A stretch of DNA of 64,000 nucleotides from Ramlibacter sp. (GCA_041905405.1 JAYRLC010000023.1:15-64014); one strand, 5' to 3'. Positions 47,516 through 57,926 are shown, counted from the stretch's first letter. Translations and numbers: made by a program. The notes: a model not told the origin generated them from the sequence alone.

Positions 47516-48634
47516 TCAGAGCCCGCGAAATTTCTGAGCCGACTGGCGAACCACTTCTGCCAGTAGCCGCTCTTGCCCCTGGCGTTCGCGCAGCCAGCGC
47601 GCGTCGTTGTTACCCAGCTCCACGCTGCTGCGCAGCAGGTGTACGCCGGCGCTCGCGTTGAGCTTCTGGATCTGTGGGTGGATGCGCGCCATGGTGGCCA
47701 GGATGTGGTCGCGCAGCGCCATGTGCTCGCCGGTGGCCGGGTCCACGTACACGGCTTCGAGCCCGAAGCGGCAGGCCTGGAAACGGTTGTAGGTGTAGAC
47801 GAGGTAGTCGTCCTCGGCCGGCATGAAGGGGTCTTCTTCCAGGAACCAGGCCGCCAGCGACTGCACGTAGGCGGCCAGCGCCGCGGCGCGGCCCACGGTC
47901 AGCGGCGTGTCGAACACGCGGATCTCGATCGTGCCGTACTCGGGCTTGGGACGGATGTCCCAGTAAAAGTCCTTCATGCTCTTGACCACGCCGGTGCGGG
48001 TCATCTTGTCGAAATAGTCGCTGAAACCGTCCCAAGTCAGCGTGAACGGCGCGCGGCCCGACAGCGGAAAGGCGAACACGGAGTTCAGCCGCGCGGAGTC
48101 GAACGCCGTGTCCTGCGCCTGCACGAAAGGGCTGGACGCGGACAGCGCGATGAAGTGCGGGATGTAGCGCGACATGCGGTGCAGCATGAGCAGCGCGCTG
48201 TCGGCGTCCGGGCAGCCCACGTGCACGTGCTGGCCGAAGATCGTGAACTGCTTGGACAGGTAGCCGTAAAGCTCGGACAGTTCGCGAAAGCGCGGCTTGT
48301 CATAAATGCGCTGGTCGTGCCACATCTGGAACGGGTGTGTCCCGCCGCCGGTGATGCCGATGTTGAGCTTGTCGGCGCTCTTGACCAGCGCGTCGCGGAT
48401 CTGCGTGAGCTGGCCCAGCACCTCGCTGGACGAGCGGCACACGCCGGTGGAAATTTCGATCATGCTGGATGTCATCTCCGGCACCACGCTGCCGGGCAGC
48501 GGCACCTTGGCCATCAGGCGCAGCATGTCGTCGGAATAGGGCGCCAGGTCGTAGTCGTTGGTGTTGACGAGCTGCAGCTCCAGCTCCACGCCGAGCGACA
48601 GCGCATCGGATCGGCTGAACGGTTCAAGTGCCAT
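47516..48634 (-). CDS. ybdK: carboxylate-amine ligase YbdK (glutamate-cysteine ligase family 2)
   Basis: ...[13 protein letters not shown]..., ...TGGGTHPF..., FGQHVHVG. Confidence 0.9.
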   Translation of the reverse strand: MALEPFSRSDALSLGVELELQLVNTNDYDLAPYSDDMLRLMAKVPLPGSVVPEMTSSMIEISTGVCRSSSEVLGQLTQIRDALVKSADKLNIGITGGGTHPFQMWHDQRIYDKPRFRELSELYGYLSKQFTIFGQHVHVGCPDADSALLMLHRMSRYIPHFIALSASSPFVQAQDTAFDSARLNSVFAFPLSGRAPFTLTWDGFSDYFDKMTRTGVVKSMKDFYWDIRPKPEYGTIEIRVFDTPLTVGRAAALAAYVQSLAAWFLEEDPFMPAEDDYLVYTYNRFQACRFGLEAVYVDPATGEHMALRDHILATMARIHPQIQKLNASAGVHLLRSSVELGNNDARWLRERQGQERLLAEVVRQSAQKFRGL

Positions 48635-49901
48635 GGGGAGCTCCCGATCGGTCGCGGTTGTCGGTTTGTGCCAGAGCGGCGGGCGCCAGCCAGGGCTTGA
48701 TGCTCTCGCCCGCGCGGTAGATGGCCAGCGTCGCGATCACGGCGCCCAGCACTTCCATGAGCAGGATGGCCGGCAGCGCGATGCGGGCGATCATCGCGCC
48801 ATTGGCCGGTGACGCCACCACGAACTGAGACACCAGCAACAGCGCGACGGACGACATGGGCGCCATGGCGCAACCCACCCACAGCGCCTGGCGCCAGCTT
48901 GCGCCGCTGCCGGGGTTGGCCAGCGCCACGCCCGTGATCTTGGCCAGGGCGCGCGCGCCGATCAGCGCCAACACCACGCCGGCCACGGGCTTGCTCCAAT
49001 CAGCCTGCGCGGCCACGACCGACACGAGCACGAACATCAGCGTGGTGAGGATGGACGCGGCCGTGCCCAGCTGGCGCGGCCAGCTCCAGGGCCGGGGGTT
49101 CAGCTGCTTGAGCAGCATGCCACCCAGCAGCGCCGCCAGCGGCGCCGAGCCGCCGAAGTGCGCCGCCAGCGCCGTGCCGGCGGCTAGCAGGGCCAGCACC
49201 ATCATCGACGTGTTCTCGCTGGTGGGACTCATGAACCGCAGCGCGGTGCGCAGCGCGAGCGCCAGCGCCGCGCCCACCACGATGGACAGGCCCAGCACCA
49301 CGGCGACGGGGTAGAACGTGTCGGCCAGGTCCGTGTGCGGGCGGTTCAGCAGACCGGCCTTGGCACTGCCCCAGGTCAGTGCATACAGCGTGCCCAACGT
49401 GGCCAGCACGATGGCGCGTTCGGTGACCGGGCCCGAGGCGCGTGTGTCCATGACCACGCGCGTGAGCACTGCCGGAGACGCCACGATGGCTACGATGGCC
49501 AGCGCTTCGGCGACCGAAGGCCGCACGTCCAGCCAGACCAGCACCCAGTACACGGCCGCATAGGTGAGCACCGATTCGAGCACGCTTTGCGCCAGCACCA
49601 TGGGGTTGTGGCGGAACCAGCGCAGCGGGATGCGCGCGCCCGCCTCGAACAGCACGACGGCCACGCCCAGCTCCAGCAGGAACAGGCCAATGCCCTGCAA
49701 CGGCCAGGCGGCGCCGGAAAAACCGGCCAGGCCCGCGAACGCGCCCACGACCGAATAGCCCACGACCTTGGGCAGTCCGGTGTAGCGCTGGATGAGGTGC
49801 CCGATCGCGGCGGCGATGGCCAGCAGCAGCGACCATTGCACGGTGGGCAGGCCGGCCGATGGCTTGAGCCATTCGGCCCAGAAGGCCATCAGTTCATTCA
49901 T
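48624..49901 (-). CDS. CPA2-family cation:proton antiporter, membrane domain only
   Basis: 425 aa, multi-TM, paralogous in layout to 46213..47442. 11-nt overlap with ybdK. Confidence 0.85.
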   Translation of the reverse strand: MNELMAFWAEWLKPSAGLPTVQWSLLLAIAAAIGHLIQRYTGLPKVVGYSVVGAFAGLAGFSGAAWPLQGIGLFLLELGVAVVLFEAGARIPLRWFRHNPMVLAQSVLESVLTYAAVYWVLVWLDVRPSVAEALAIVAIVASPAVLTRVVMDTRASGPVTERAIVLATLGTLYALTWGSAKAGLLNRPHTDLADTFYPVAVVLGLSIVVGAALALALRTALRFMSPTSENTSMMVLALLAAGTALAAHFGGSAPLAALLGGMLLKQLNPRPWSWPRQLGTAASILTTLMFVLVSVVAAQADWSKPVAGVVLALIGARALAKITGVALANPGSGASWRQALWVGCAMAPMSSVALLLVSQFVVASPANGAMIARIALPAILLMEVLGAVIATLAIYRAGESIKPWLAPAALAQTDNRDRSGAPHGT

Positions 49902-49994
49902 TGTGGAGTCTCCCGCAGGTACTGTAGCCCCTTGTTACGACACCGCCTGTAGGACTTGGACGCAAACGCCTTTCAGGCGCGCGCGGCGTGCCAA

Positions 49995-50528
49995 TCAGAG
50001 CGGCGCGAGGGGTGTCTTTTCGGCCTGCGGGTCGGTTGCGGCATCGGCCGCCAGCACGGCAATGAGCTTGCCCAGATCGTCGTCCAGGCGTGCCAGCGTT
50101 CCCGCATCCAGTTGCTGCAACGCGGCCGGCAGCACGCCGGTGAACGGCCCGGGCGCGCGCTGCAGCATCTGCAGGCCCGCCGGCAACAGCTGTAGCTGGA
50201 CGGCGCGCCGGTCCTCGCCGCTGCGCGTGGTTTCCACCAGCCCGCGGTTGACCAGCAGGCGCACCAGATTGCTCGCGGTGGATTGGTGAATGTCCATGGC
50301 CACTGCCAGCGCCGACACACGGATGCCGGGATACTGCTGCACCACGCTCAGCGCCCACACCTGAGCGCCACCGATGCCGGCCTGCTTTTCCACCTGTTGG
50401 AAGTGGGTCTTGACCGCGTTGAACACGACACGAAACCGGCGCAGCACCTGTCTTTCCGCGTCGCCCGAACCCTGCAACGCGGGTTGGAGCGGCACGACGG
50501 ACTGCGCGGCGGTGGATGGCATAGCCAA
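49995..50528 (-). CDS. MarR-family transcriptional regulator
   Basis: ...VSALAVAMDIHQSTASNLVRLLVNRGLVETTRSGEDRRAVQLQL winged HTH. Confidence 0.85.
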   Translation of the reverse strand: MAMPSTAAQSVVPLQPALQGSGDAERQVLRRFRVVFNAVKTHFQQVEKQAGIGGAQVWALSVVQQYPGIRVSALAVAMDIHQSTASNLVRLLVNRGLVETTRSGEDRRAVQLQLLPAGLQMLQRAPGPFTGVLPAALQQLDAGTLARLDDDLGKLIAVLAADAATDPQAEKTPLAPL

Positions 50529-50621
50529 TGATCATAGGCCGTCCCTGAGATGGCGGCTACGTGCCGCCGTGTGGAGCGTGCACGGCGCACAACAGTGCTG
50601 CTGCACCGCGCCATGTCACCC

Positions 50622-50646
50622 AAAAAGAGAGCCCCGGGCGGGGCTC
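50622..50646 (-). terminator. rho-independent terminator after the Gcr-like gene
   Basis: On the minus strand it reads GAGCCCCgcccGGGGCTCtcttttt. Confidence 0.55.
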
Positions 50647-50767
50647 GAAAGCTCGGATTCGCTGCCCTGACAAGCAGTTCGAGCCTGAAATGAGTACCTA
50701 TTGTATTTGTATGAATGTATTGCGGCAAGCCGGCCGCCAATGCCGCACCCCGGCGCGGGGACAAGGC

Positions 50768-52765
50768 TCAGGCCTGTCGGGACGGCACAAAGAAGCTGCC
50801 CGGCCGGCGGCGCAGCCTGGCGCGGATGGCGCTGTAGATGCGCCTGCGGTCCACGCCGCTGACGTTGTGGGCGCGCAGCGCGAGCTGGAACGCGAAGTAA
50901 AAGCTCACGGTGAGATTGAGCACGCCGATCAGCGGAATGGCGGCCACGCACCACCAGAACTGCGGCAGATGCAGCACGTCCAGCCCGTAGCTGGCCGCGG
51001 CCGCCGCGAGCTGGCCGGTGGACAGGGTGACGTGGCGCGCCTGCAGCCCGATACCGATGAAGGCCAGCACGGGCGGCACCAGGCCCAGCATGAAGCCCAG
51101 CGAAATATTGGAGGCAAAGCCGGAAATGTGCTCGCGCATGAAGCGGGCCCAGCGGTCGGCCCGCTGCACGCCCAGGAACCGCGTGATGCGCGGGTTGTAG
51201 CGCATGGCCGAATCGAGCCGGTGCAGCACGAACCAGTTCTCCACCCAGCCCGCGATCAGGCTGGACGCGAACAGCAGCACGCCCGTGAACGCGGCGAACA
51301 GCAGGGTGCTGGGCGAAAGCAGACTCAGCGAATGGAACACATAGTCGGCCTCGGCGCGGCCGATCATGGGGTGGCCGCTCGCCAGGTAGATGGCGTAGCT
51401 GATCAGCAGCACGCAGGGCGTGACCATGCCAACGTTCCCCGCCACGGCCGCGACCTGCGAACGCACCAGGTGCGTGACCTCGTCCACGAACTCCTCCACG
51501 GCGTCGCGCCGGCCCAGGTCCTTGAGCTTGGCCGCCATGGCCGGCGCCGTCATGGCGGGCTGCTTGGTGGCCAGCGTCCAGTGCGCCAGCTGGATCAGCA
51601 CGAAGCTGGCCGCGTACATGGCGCCCGCCCAGAAGCCGCCCCAGAACGCGGCCAGCCCCAGTGCCCCCAATGCGAACTTGGCGGACACCGTCAGCGACGT
51701 CACCGCGCCGCCGCCGGCAGCCTTGCCCAGCATGCTGCGGTACTCGGCGCGCGTGCGAGTGATGTAGTGCTCGCCGGTCTCCGCGCTGCGCTCGGCCAGC
51801 TTGGCCGCCAGCAGCGACGAATTGGACGCCAGCAACGCGCGCAGGCTGCGCCGCTCCTGGCTTGCCGCGGCCAGGTGCGACAGCAGCCGCGCCGTGGCGG
51901 TCAGCGGCGTGCCCGACAGCAGACAGTCCATGAGTTCACGCACGCGCAGCACGCGCGCGCGCAACTGGCGCAGCATGAACACCAGGCCCACCGAAATGCC
52001 GTGTTCTTCCAGGTGCGCATAGACGCTGTTGGCCGCCTGGCGGCAGGCGTCCAGGCGTTCGCGCAGGCGGTTGGCGGCCGCTTCCACGTCCTGCGGCTCG
52101 CGCGGCGTGGCGACGAACGCCGCATGCAGGGCCTGCACGTCGGCGGCCAGTTCATGGAACGGCTGGGTCTGGCGCGCGGGCGTGCCCATGCGCTGGCGCA
52201 GCTCGGCGGCGAAGCCCGTGGAGCGGATCTGGCTTGCGCAGTAGTTGATGGCTTCCAGCAGCTCGCGCTGCCACAGCGTCAGGCCCGCCACGCTGCTGGG
52301 CGCGCGCAGCAGCGCGCCCAGACGGCGCAGCGTCACGTCGTCCAGTGCCGCCAGCCACTGGGCGTCAAAGCTGTCGCCCAGCGCCAGGCTGAAGAGTTCG
52401 GACGCGTCGCTGGTTTCCGGCGTGGCGGGCAGCAGCTTGTGGCGCAGCCGCGCGGCCATCTCGCTCATGAACGCCGTGCGCGGCGCGAAACCGAAGTCCG
52501 CCAGCAACGTGGATGGGTCCACGGTGCCGGTCAGCGCCAGCCACCATTGCTGCAGCCGTTCCTGCGCATCGGGCTGCGCCTGCAGGGCGTCCAGAAACAG
52601 CGTGACGCGGCTGGCTGCGGCCTGGGGCGATACCCGGTCGCCCCGCACCCAGTCCAGCAGGGCGATCAGCCACAGATGACGCTGCGCGAGCGGTGCCTGC
52701 GGGTCCAGCGTGTCCAGCAGGTGCCTGAGCGCGCTGGCCGCGCCGGCGGTGCGGGCGCCGCTCAA
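50768..52765 (-). CDS. membrane protein of the so-called site-specific recombinase (Gcr-like, PF10136-type) family
   Basis: N-terminal ...LAQRHLWLIALLDWVRG... block as I remember it for this family. Several C-terminal TM helices. TTG start overlapping the apaG stop. Confidence 0.6.
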   Translation of the reverse strand: MSGARTAGAASALRHLLDTLDPQAPLAQRHLWLIALLDWVRGDRVSPQAAASRVTLFLDALQAQPDAQERLQQWWLALTGTVDPSTLLADFGFAPRTAFMSEMAARLRHKLLPATPETSDASELFSLALGDSFDAQWLAALDDVTLRRLGALLRAPSSVAGLTLWQRELLEAINYCASQIRSTGFAAELRQRMGTPARQTQPFHELAADVQALHAAFVATPREPQDVEAAANRLRERLDACRQAANSVYAHLEEHGISVGLVFMLRQLRARVLRVRELMDCLLSGTPLTATARLLSHLAAASQERRSLRALLASNSSLLAAKLAERSAETGEHYITRTRAEYRSMLGKAAGGGAVTSLTVSAKFALGALGLAAFWGGFWAGAMYAASFVLIQLAHWTLATKQPAMTAPAMAAKLKDLGRRDAVEEFVDEVTHLVRSQVAAVAGNVGMVTPCVLLISYAIYLASGHPMIGRAEADYVFHSLSLLSPSTLLFAAFTGVLLFASSLIAGWVENWFVLHRLDSAMRYNPRITRFLGVQRADRWARFMREHISGFASNISLGFMLGLVPPVLAFIGIGLQARHVTLSTGQLAAAAASYGLDVLHLPQFWWCVAAIPLIGVLNLTVSFYFAFQLALRAHNVSGVDRRRIYSAIRARLRRRPGSFFVPSRQA

Positions 52766-53148
52766 TGCAGCACCCGCGACGGGCCGCCCCCGGCGTCCAG
52801 CACAAAGGCCGGGATCGCGACCTCGAAACGTTCGCCGTCCTCGGCCACGCAGAAGTACGTGCCGTGCATGGTGCCGGTGGCGGTGCGCAACCGGCAGCCG
52901 CTGGTGTACTGGAACGACTCGCCGGGGTTGAGCAGCGGCTGCTGTCCCACGACGCCCAGGCCCTTGACCTCTTCAGTCTGGCCTTGGGCATTGCCGATGA
53001 TCCAGTGGCGCGAGATCAGCTGTGCGGGAACGTCACCCGTGTTGGTGACGGTGATCGTGTACGCGAAGCTGAACAGATGCTGCTCGGGCGATGACTGGTC
53101 CGGCAGGTACTGGGGTTCGACGTCGATCCTGAACTGGTAGTGGGGCAT
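52762..53148 (-). CDS. apaG: ApaG (DUF525) protein
   Basis: MPHYQFRIDVEPQYLPDQSSPEQHLFSFAYTITVTNTG...SRHWIIG...GEGVVG-like block. Confidence 0.9.
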   Translation of the reverse strand: MPHYQFRIDVEPQYLPDQSSPEQHLFSFAYTITVTNTGDVPAQLISRHWIIGNAQGQTEEVKGLGVVGQQPLLNPGESFQYTSGCRLRTATGTMHGTYFCVAEDGERFEVAIPAFVLDAGGGPSRVLH

Positions 53149-53203
53149 GGCGCTGCAATGGTAGCAAGCCGGGGGCGCGGCGCGGTGCTGCGACAATCCC
53201 GTC

Positions 53204-53893
53204 ATGAGCAAGCCCGCCCCCAACTTCCGCATTGCGCCTTCCATCCTGTCCGCCGACTTTGCCCGGCTGGGCGACGAACTGAAGAACGTCATCGCCGCCG
53301 GCGCTGACTGGATCCACTTCGACGTGATGGACAACCATTACGTGCCCAACCTCACGTTCGGGCCCATGATCTGCCAGGCGCTGAAACCGCACGCGAAGAC
53401 CGCGCAGGGCACCCCCGTGCCCGTGGACGTGCACCTGATGATCGAGCCGGTCGATGCGCTGGCCGCCGCGTTCGCCGACGCCGGCGCCGACTACATCAGC
53501 TTCCATCCGGATGCGTCCGCCCACGTTCACCGCAGCGTACAGGCCATCAAGTCCAAGGGCTGCAAGGCGGGGCTGGTGTTCAACCCCGCGGCGCCGCTGG
53601 ATGTGCTGGACTGGGTGATCGACGACCTGGACCTGATCCTCATCATGAGCGTGAACCCCGGCTTCGGCGGCCAGAGCTTCATCGACTCGGCGCTGCGCAA
53701 GATCGAGGCCGTGCGCAAGCGCATCGACGCGTCGGGCAAAGACATCCGCCTGGAAGTGGACGGCGGCATCAAGACCGACAACATCCGCAGCGTGGCCGAC
53801 GCCGGTGCGGACACCTTCGTGGCGGGCAGCGCGATCTTCGGCAAGCCGGATTACAAGGCCGTGGTGGATGCGATGCGCAAGGCGCTGGCCTGA
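53204..53893 (+). CDS. rpe: ribulose-phosphate 3-epimerase
   Basis: [18 protein letters not shown]...[16 protein letters not shown]...[13 protein letters not shown]. Confidence 0.95.
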   Translation: MSKPAPNFRIAPSILSADFARLGDELKNVIAAGADWIHFDVMDNHYVPNLTFGPMICQALKPHAKTAQGTPVPVDVHLMIEPVDALAAAFADAGADYISFHPDASAHVHRSVQAIKSKGCKAGLVFNPAAPLDVLDWVIDDLDLILIMSVNPGFGGQSFIDSALRKIEAVRKRIDASGKDIRLEVDGGIKTDNIRSVADAGADTFVAGSAIFGKPDYKAVVDAMRKALA

Positions 53894-53909
53894 ATGCCAG
53901 CTGGATCGA

Positions 53910-54200
53910 TCAGCGGGCCGGGCCCGACTTGACCTTCTGGTAAGTCCGGTCCATCACGGGGCCCTTGTCGGTATCCGTCATTCCGCGTTTCAAGTCCTCA
54001 TGGGCCTGCGCACCCATCTTCTTGCCGCTGGCTTCGCCGCCCGCCTGGCTGTCGGCCGACAGGTCGCGCTCGTGCGGCAGGCGCGGCACTTCGTGCGGTG
54101 TGGTCGTCTCGCCCTGTGACGGCGTGGTGCGGCCCGGTTTGCGATTGGGGTTGCGGCGGCTGGTCATACGGTTGTGCATGGTGATCCTCTCGCTGGACAT
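53910..54200 (-). CDS. small basic hypothetical protein
   Basis: 96-aa ORF with GC3-rich codons. No recognisable family. Confidence 0.4.
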   Translation of the reverse strand: MSSERITMHNRMTSRRNPNRKPGRTTPSQGETTTPHEVPRLPHERDLSADSQAGGEASGKKMGAQAHEDLKRGMTDTDKGPVMDRTYQKVKSGPAR

Positions 54201-54306
54201 TCGTGGTCACTTTGCCACTGTGGTACTTGCGGGCCTGTAGGAAAGGGGCGCAAATCGCGCACCAATAGCGGTCACAATCACCGCGAAGAACCTGTTGTTA
54301 CGTAAC

Positions 54307-54963
54307 ATGCTCCCCGACTTCAAAACCCTTGACGCCGCCATCGTCGACCTGGACGGCACCATGGTCGACACCATCGGCGATTTCCACGCCGCGTTGAACC
54401 TCATGCTGGCCGACCTGTCGCTGCCGGCCGTTGGCAAAGAGCCCATCGGCCTGATGGTTGGCAAGGGTTCCGAACACCTGATCCGCTCCGTGCTGGTCCA
54501 TGTCGGCGCCGATGCCGCGCACTACGACGCGGCCTGGGACCGCTACCAGCGCCATTACATCGGCATCAACGGCCAGCACTCCGACGTGTACGCAGGCGTG
54601 GCCGACGGACTGGCCGCATTGCGTCGCAAGGGCTTGCGGCTGGCCTGCCTGACCAATAAGCCCACGGCATTCGCGCGTCCCCTGCTGCAGGCCAAGGGGC
54701 TGGACGGTTATTTCGAGGTGGTATTCGGCGGCGATGCGTTCGAGCGCAAAAAGCCCGACCCGTTGCCGCTGCGCAAGACCTGCGAGGCGCTGGGTACTTC
54801 ACCCGCGCGCACGCTGATGATTGGTGACTCCAGCAACGACGCGCAGGCCGCGCGCGCCGCCGGTTGCCCCGTGGTGCTGGTCACCTACGGCTACAACCAC
54901 GGCGAACCCGTGCGCGCCGTGGACGCGGACGGGTTCGTGGATTCGCTGGCCGAACTCGGCTGA
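54307..54963 (+). CDS. gph: phosphoglycolate phosphatase (HAD)
   Basis: AAIVDLDGTMVDT (DxDxT), ...LTNKP..., ...MIGDSSNDAQAARAAG. Confidence 0.9.
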   Translation: MLPDFKTLDAAIVDLDGTMVDTIGDFHAALNLMLADLSLPAVGKEPIGLMVGKGSEHLIRSVLVHVGADAAHYDAAWDRYQRHYIGINGQHSDVYAGVADGLAALRRKGLRLACLTNKPTAFARPLLQAKGLDGYFEVVFGGDAFERKKPDPLPLRKTCEALGTSPARTLMIGDSSNDAQAARAAGCPVVLVTYGYNHGEPVRAVDADGFVDSLAELG

Positions 54964-54969
54964 ACCCGA

Positions 54970-55557
54970 TCAGCTCGCGGCCTTGCCCAGCAAGGCCTCT
55001 TTCAGCTTGTAGTCCGCGGGGTTCGGGCCCAGCCAGATGCGCAGCAGCGCGTTGAAAAACTCGGGTTCCTTGAACGGCTCGCCCTGGGCCACCCCCTTGA
55101 CCGTGATCACCGTGCCGGTGCCGGGAATCCAGTCGATGGTGAACACCTCGCCGGGATTGAGCTTCTTGTGGTCGGTAAAGATCTGGCTCATGCGCATCAC
55201 GCCGGGGATCAGCTTGGAAAACGCGGCCTTGTCCATGTTGTCTTCCATCCCGCGCGAGAACAGCTTGCCCAGCTCGGATGAGTCGATCTCGCGCAGCATG
55301 GTGATGCTCATGCGCTTGGGGCCCTGCACAGCCAGCACTTCGTCGGGCGTGCCGGCTTTCCTGGGCAGGTACAGGCCGGCCGTGTACACCTTGAACACGG
55401 CCTTGTAGCGGATGCCGGCGCCGTTGAGCTGCAGCCTGGTGCCGCGCGCATCGAGGGTGTCGTCGTATTTGACGCCCGAGACGGTAACCTGTGCCATCGC
55501 ACCGGCGGCTGCCAGGCACAACACGGCGCCTGCGGCGAGCTGCTTAAGACCCTTCAT
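54970..55557 (-). CDS. chalcone-isomerase-like periplasmic protein
   Basis: Signal peptide followed by ...LQLNGAGIRYKAVFKVYTAGLYL.... Confidence 0.75.
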   Translation of the reverse strand: MKGLKQLAAGAVLCLAAAGAMAQVTVSGVKYDDTLDARGTRLQLNGAGIRYKAVFKVYTAGLYLPRKAGTPDEVLAVQGPKRMSITMLREIDSSELGKLFSRGMEDNMDKAAFSKLIPGVMRMSQIFTDHKKLNPGEVFTIDWIPGTGTVITVKGVAQGEPFKEPEFFNALLRIWLGPNPADYKLKEALLGKAAS

Positions 55558-55883
55558 GCTTGTCTCCTAAAAAAGTACGATCGTTCTTTTTCTATTCTCA
55601 ACCGGCGCCTTGCGGTTGGCAACAGGGTTTTCGAGCGCCTGGCCCCAAGTTTCGGTGCCGCGCATGAAGCCTTTGCTACACTGGCAGGCACATGTTCATT
55701 CACCGCACCACCATCACAGGTTTGAGCGACCGGGGAGCCTGGCCCTGGCGTAAGCCTCCGTTCGTGCGCAACTGACTGCACGGGGCAGCCCGTGCCCCCG
55801 CGCCTCCCCCTGAGGCACCTGGTTTGAATGAACGCGGCCCGAAACTCAAGCGTGCGGCCGCCGAGCACTGAAAGGCTCATACC

Positions 55884-57395
55884 TTGATCACCGAACTCGA
55901 ATTCAAAAGCCTGGCGCAAGCTGGCTACAACCGCATTCCGCTCATCGCGGAAGCTTTTGCGGACCTGGAAACCCCCCTGTCCCTGTACCTCAAGCTCGCG
56001 CATTCACGTGACGGCGGCAAACACAGCTTCCTGCTCGAATCCGTCGTGGGCGGTGAGCGCTTCGGCCGTTACAGCTTCATCGGCCTGCCCGCGCGCACGC
56101 TGGTGCGCGCCAGCGGCTTTGGCGCCGACGCCGTGACCGAGGTTGTGCGCGATGGCAAGGTCATCGAGACCGCCAGCGGCAACCCGCTGGATTTTGTGGA
56201 CAGCTACCAGAAGCGCTTCAAGGTCGCGTTGCGTCCCGGCCTGCCGCGCTTTTGCGGCGGCCTGGCGGGTTACTTCGGCTACGACACCGTGCGCCACATC
56301 GAGAAAAAGCTCGAGAAGTCCTGCCCGCCCGACACACTGGGTTGCCCCGACATCCTGCTGCTGCAGTGCGAGGAGCTGGCCGTCATCGACAACCTGTCGG
56401 GCAAGCTGTACCTGATCGTCTACGCCGACCCGGGCCAACCCGAGGCGTTCTCCAACGCCAAGAAGCGCCTGCGCGAGTTGCGCGAACAGCTGAAGTACTC
56501 GGTCAGCGCGCCGGTCATCAGGCAGAGCCAGACCTTTCCGGCCGAGCGCGACTTTGCCAAGGCTGATTACATCGCTGCGGTGGAGCGCGCCAAAGAGCTT
56601 ATTGCTGCCGGCGACTTCATGCAGGTCCAGGTGGGCCAGCGCATCAAGAAGCGCTACACCGAAAGCCCGCTGTCGCTGTACCGCGCGCTGCGCTCGCTCA
56701 ACCCGTCGCCGTACATGTACTACTACCACTTCGGCGACTTCCATGTGGTGGGTGCGTCGCCCGAAATCCTGGTGCGCCAGGAGCAGGTCGAGCATGACGG
56801 AAAACCCGCGCAGAAGATCACCATCCGCCCGCTGGCCGGCACGCGCCCGCGCGCCGCGTCGCCCGAGCAGGACAAGGCAGTGGAGCAGGAACTGGTCACC
56901 GACCCCAAGGAGCGTGCCGAGCACGTGATGCTGATCGACCTGGCGCGCAACGACATCGGCCGCATCGCCAAAACCGGCACCGTGAAAGTGACCGAGGCCT
57001 TCGCGGTGGAGCGCTACAGCCACGTGATGCACATCGTGAGCAACGTCGAAGGCATCCTGAATGACGGCATGACCAACATGGACGTGCTGCGCGCCACCTT
57101 CCCGGCCGGCACGCTGACCGGCGCGCCCAAGGTCCATGCGATGGAGCTGATCGACCAGCTGGAGCCCACCAAGCGCGGCCTGTATGGCGGCGCCTGCGGC
57201 TACCTGAGTTACGCGGGCGACATGGACGTGGCCATCGCGATCCGCACGGGTCTCATCAAGGACCAGACGCTGTACGTGCAGGCGGCTGCCGGCGTGGTGG
57301 CCGATTCGGTCCCCGAGCTCGAATGGAAAGAAACCGAAGCCAAGGCGCGCGCGCTGCTGCGGGCGAGCGAGCTGGTCGAGGAGGGAATGGAATGA
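55884..57395 (+). CDS. trpE: anthranilate synthase component I
   Basis: TTG start. ITELEFKSLAQAGYNRIPL, ...LLESV.GGERFGRYSF..., ...GTLTGAPK.... Confidence 0.95.
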   Translation: MITELEFKSLAQAGYNRIPLIAEAFADLETPLSLYLKLAHSRDGGKHSFLLESVVGGERFGRYSFIGLPARTLVRASGFGADAVTEVVRDGKVIETASGNPLDFVDSYQKRFKVALRPGLPRFCGGLAGYFGYDTVRHIEKKLEKSCPPDTLGCPDILLLQCEELAVIDNLSGKLYLIVYADPGQPEAFSNAKKRLRELREQLKYSVSAPVIRQSQTFPAERDFAKADYIAAVERAKELIAAGDFMQVQVGQRIKKRYTESPLSLYRALRSLNPSPYMYYYHFGDFHVVGASPEILVRQEQVEHDGKPAQKITIRPLAGTRPRAASPEQDKAVEQELVTDPKERAEHVMLIDLARNDIGRIAKTGTVKVTEAFAVERYSHVMHIVSNVEGILNDGMTNMDVLRATFPAGTLTGAPKVHAMELIDQLEPTKRGLYGGACGYLSYAGDMDVAIAIRTGLIKDQTLYVQAAAGVVADSVPELEWKETEAKARALLRASELVEEGME

Positions 57396-57847
57396 ACCAC
57401 TCGTCCACAGGGATCGGACACCCGTACGCAGAGGACGCAGAGATTGCGCAGAGGACGCAGAAGGAACAGCCGGAAGAAAATGATCGAACTCACGCAATCA
57501 TCGGCGCGGCTGTGGAAGTTCAGCGCGTTCTGGGTGTAGGGCTTCTGGAGAGCGCGTATTCAGGTGCTTTGGCGGTGGAGCTTGCCCAGCGAGGTTTGCG
57601 GTTCGAGCGGGAAGTGGCGGTCCCGGCGCACTACAAAGGTCAGAACGTCGGGCTGGGTTACCGCGCGGATTTCATCGTTGACGACGCCATCATTGTCGAG
57701 TTGAAGGCCCTGGACGGCGTCACGGACGCTCATCGCGCCCAGCTGCTTTCGTACCTGCGGCTGTCCAATCTGAAGCTCGGCCTGCTCATCAACTTCCACG
57801 CCTTCCCGGTGGTCAAGGGCATCCACAGACTGGTTAACAAACTATGA
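57392..57847 (+). CDS. GxxExxY protein (PD-(D/E)XK nuclease-fold family)
   Basis: [29 protein letters not shown]...[15 protein letters not shown]...LINF. The ATG overlaps the trpE stop (ATGA). Confidence 0.85.
   Translation: MNHSSTGIGHPYAEDAEIAQRTQKEQPEENDRTHAIIGAAVEVQRVLGVGLLESAYSGALAVELAQRGLRFEREVAVPAHYKGQNVGLGYRADFIVDDAIIVELKALDGVTDAHRAQLLSYLRLSNLKLGLLINFHAFPVVKGIHRLVNKL
57416..57466. repeat. left arm of a 51-bp inverted repeat
   Basis: GGACACCCGTACGCAGAGGACGCAGAGATTGCGCAGAGGACGCAGAAGGAA. It matches the reverse complement of 57861..57911 at 47 of 51 positions. Confidence 0.9.
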
Positions 57848-57860
57848 ATTCCTTTCTGTA

Positions 57861-57911
57861 TTCCTTCTGCGTCCTCTGCGCAACTTCTGCGCCCTCTGCG
57901 TACGGATGTCC
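57861..57911. repeat. right arm of a 51-bp inverted repeat
   Basis: TTCCTTCTGCGTCCTCTGCGCAACTTCTGCGCCCTCTGCGTACGGATGTCC. Confidence 0.9.
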
Positions 57912-57926
57912 GCTTTCGGAGGCCTC

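Larger units (their letters stand above)
57416..57911 (+). mobile_element. candidate IR-bounded GxxExxY cassette inserted in the trpE-trpG junction
   Basis: The inverted repeats delimit a 496-bp unit that accounts for essentially the whole trpE-trpG spacer. No transposase and no target-site duplication were seen. Confidence 0.4.

Noticed and set aside
53910-54200. Possibility that the 96-aa basic ORF between rpe and gph is a toxin or regulatory peptide.
   Set aside because: It has no recognisable motif or partner. It is retained only as a low-confidence CDS because of its GC3-rich codons.
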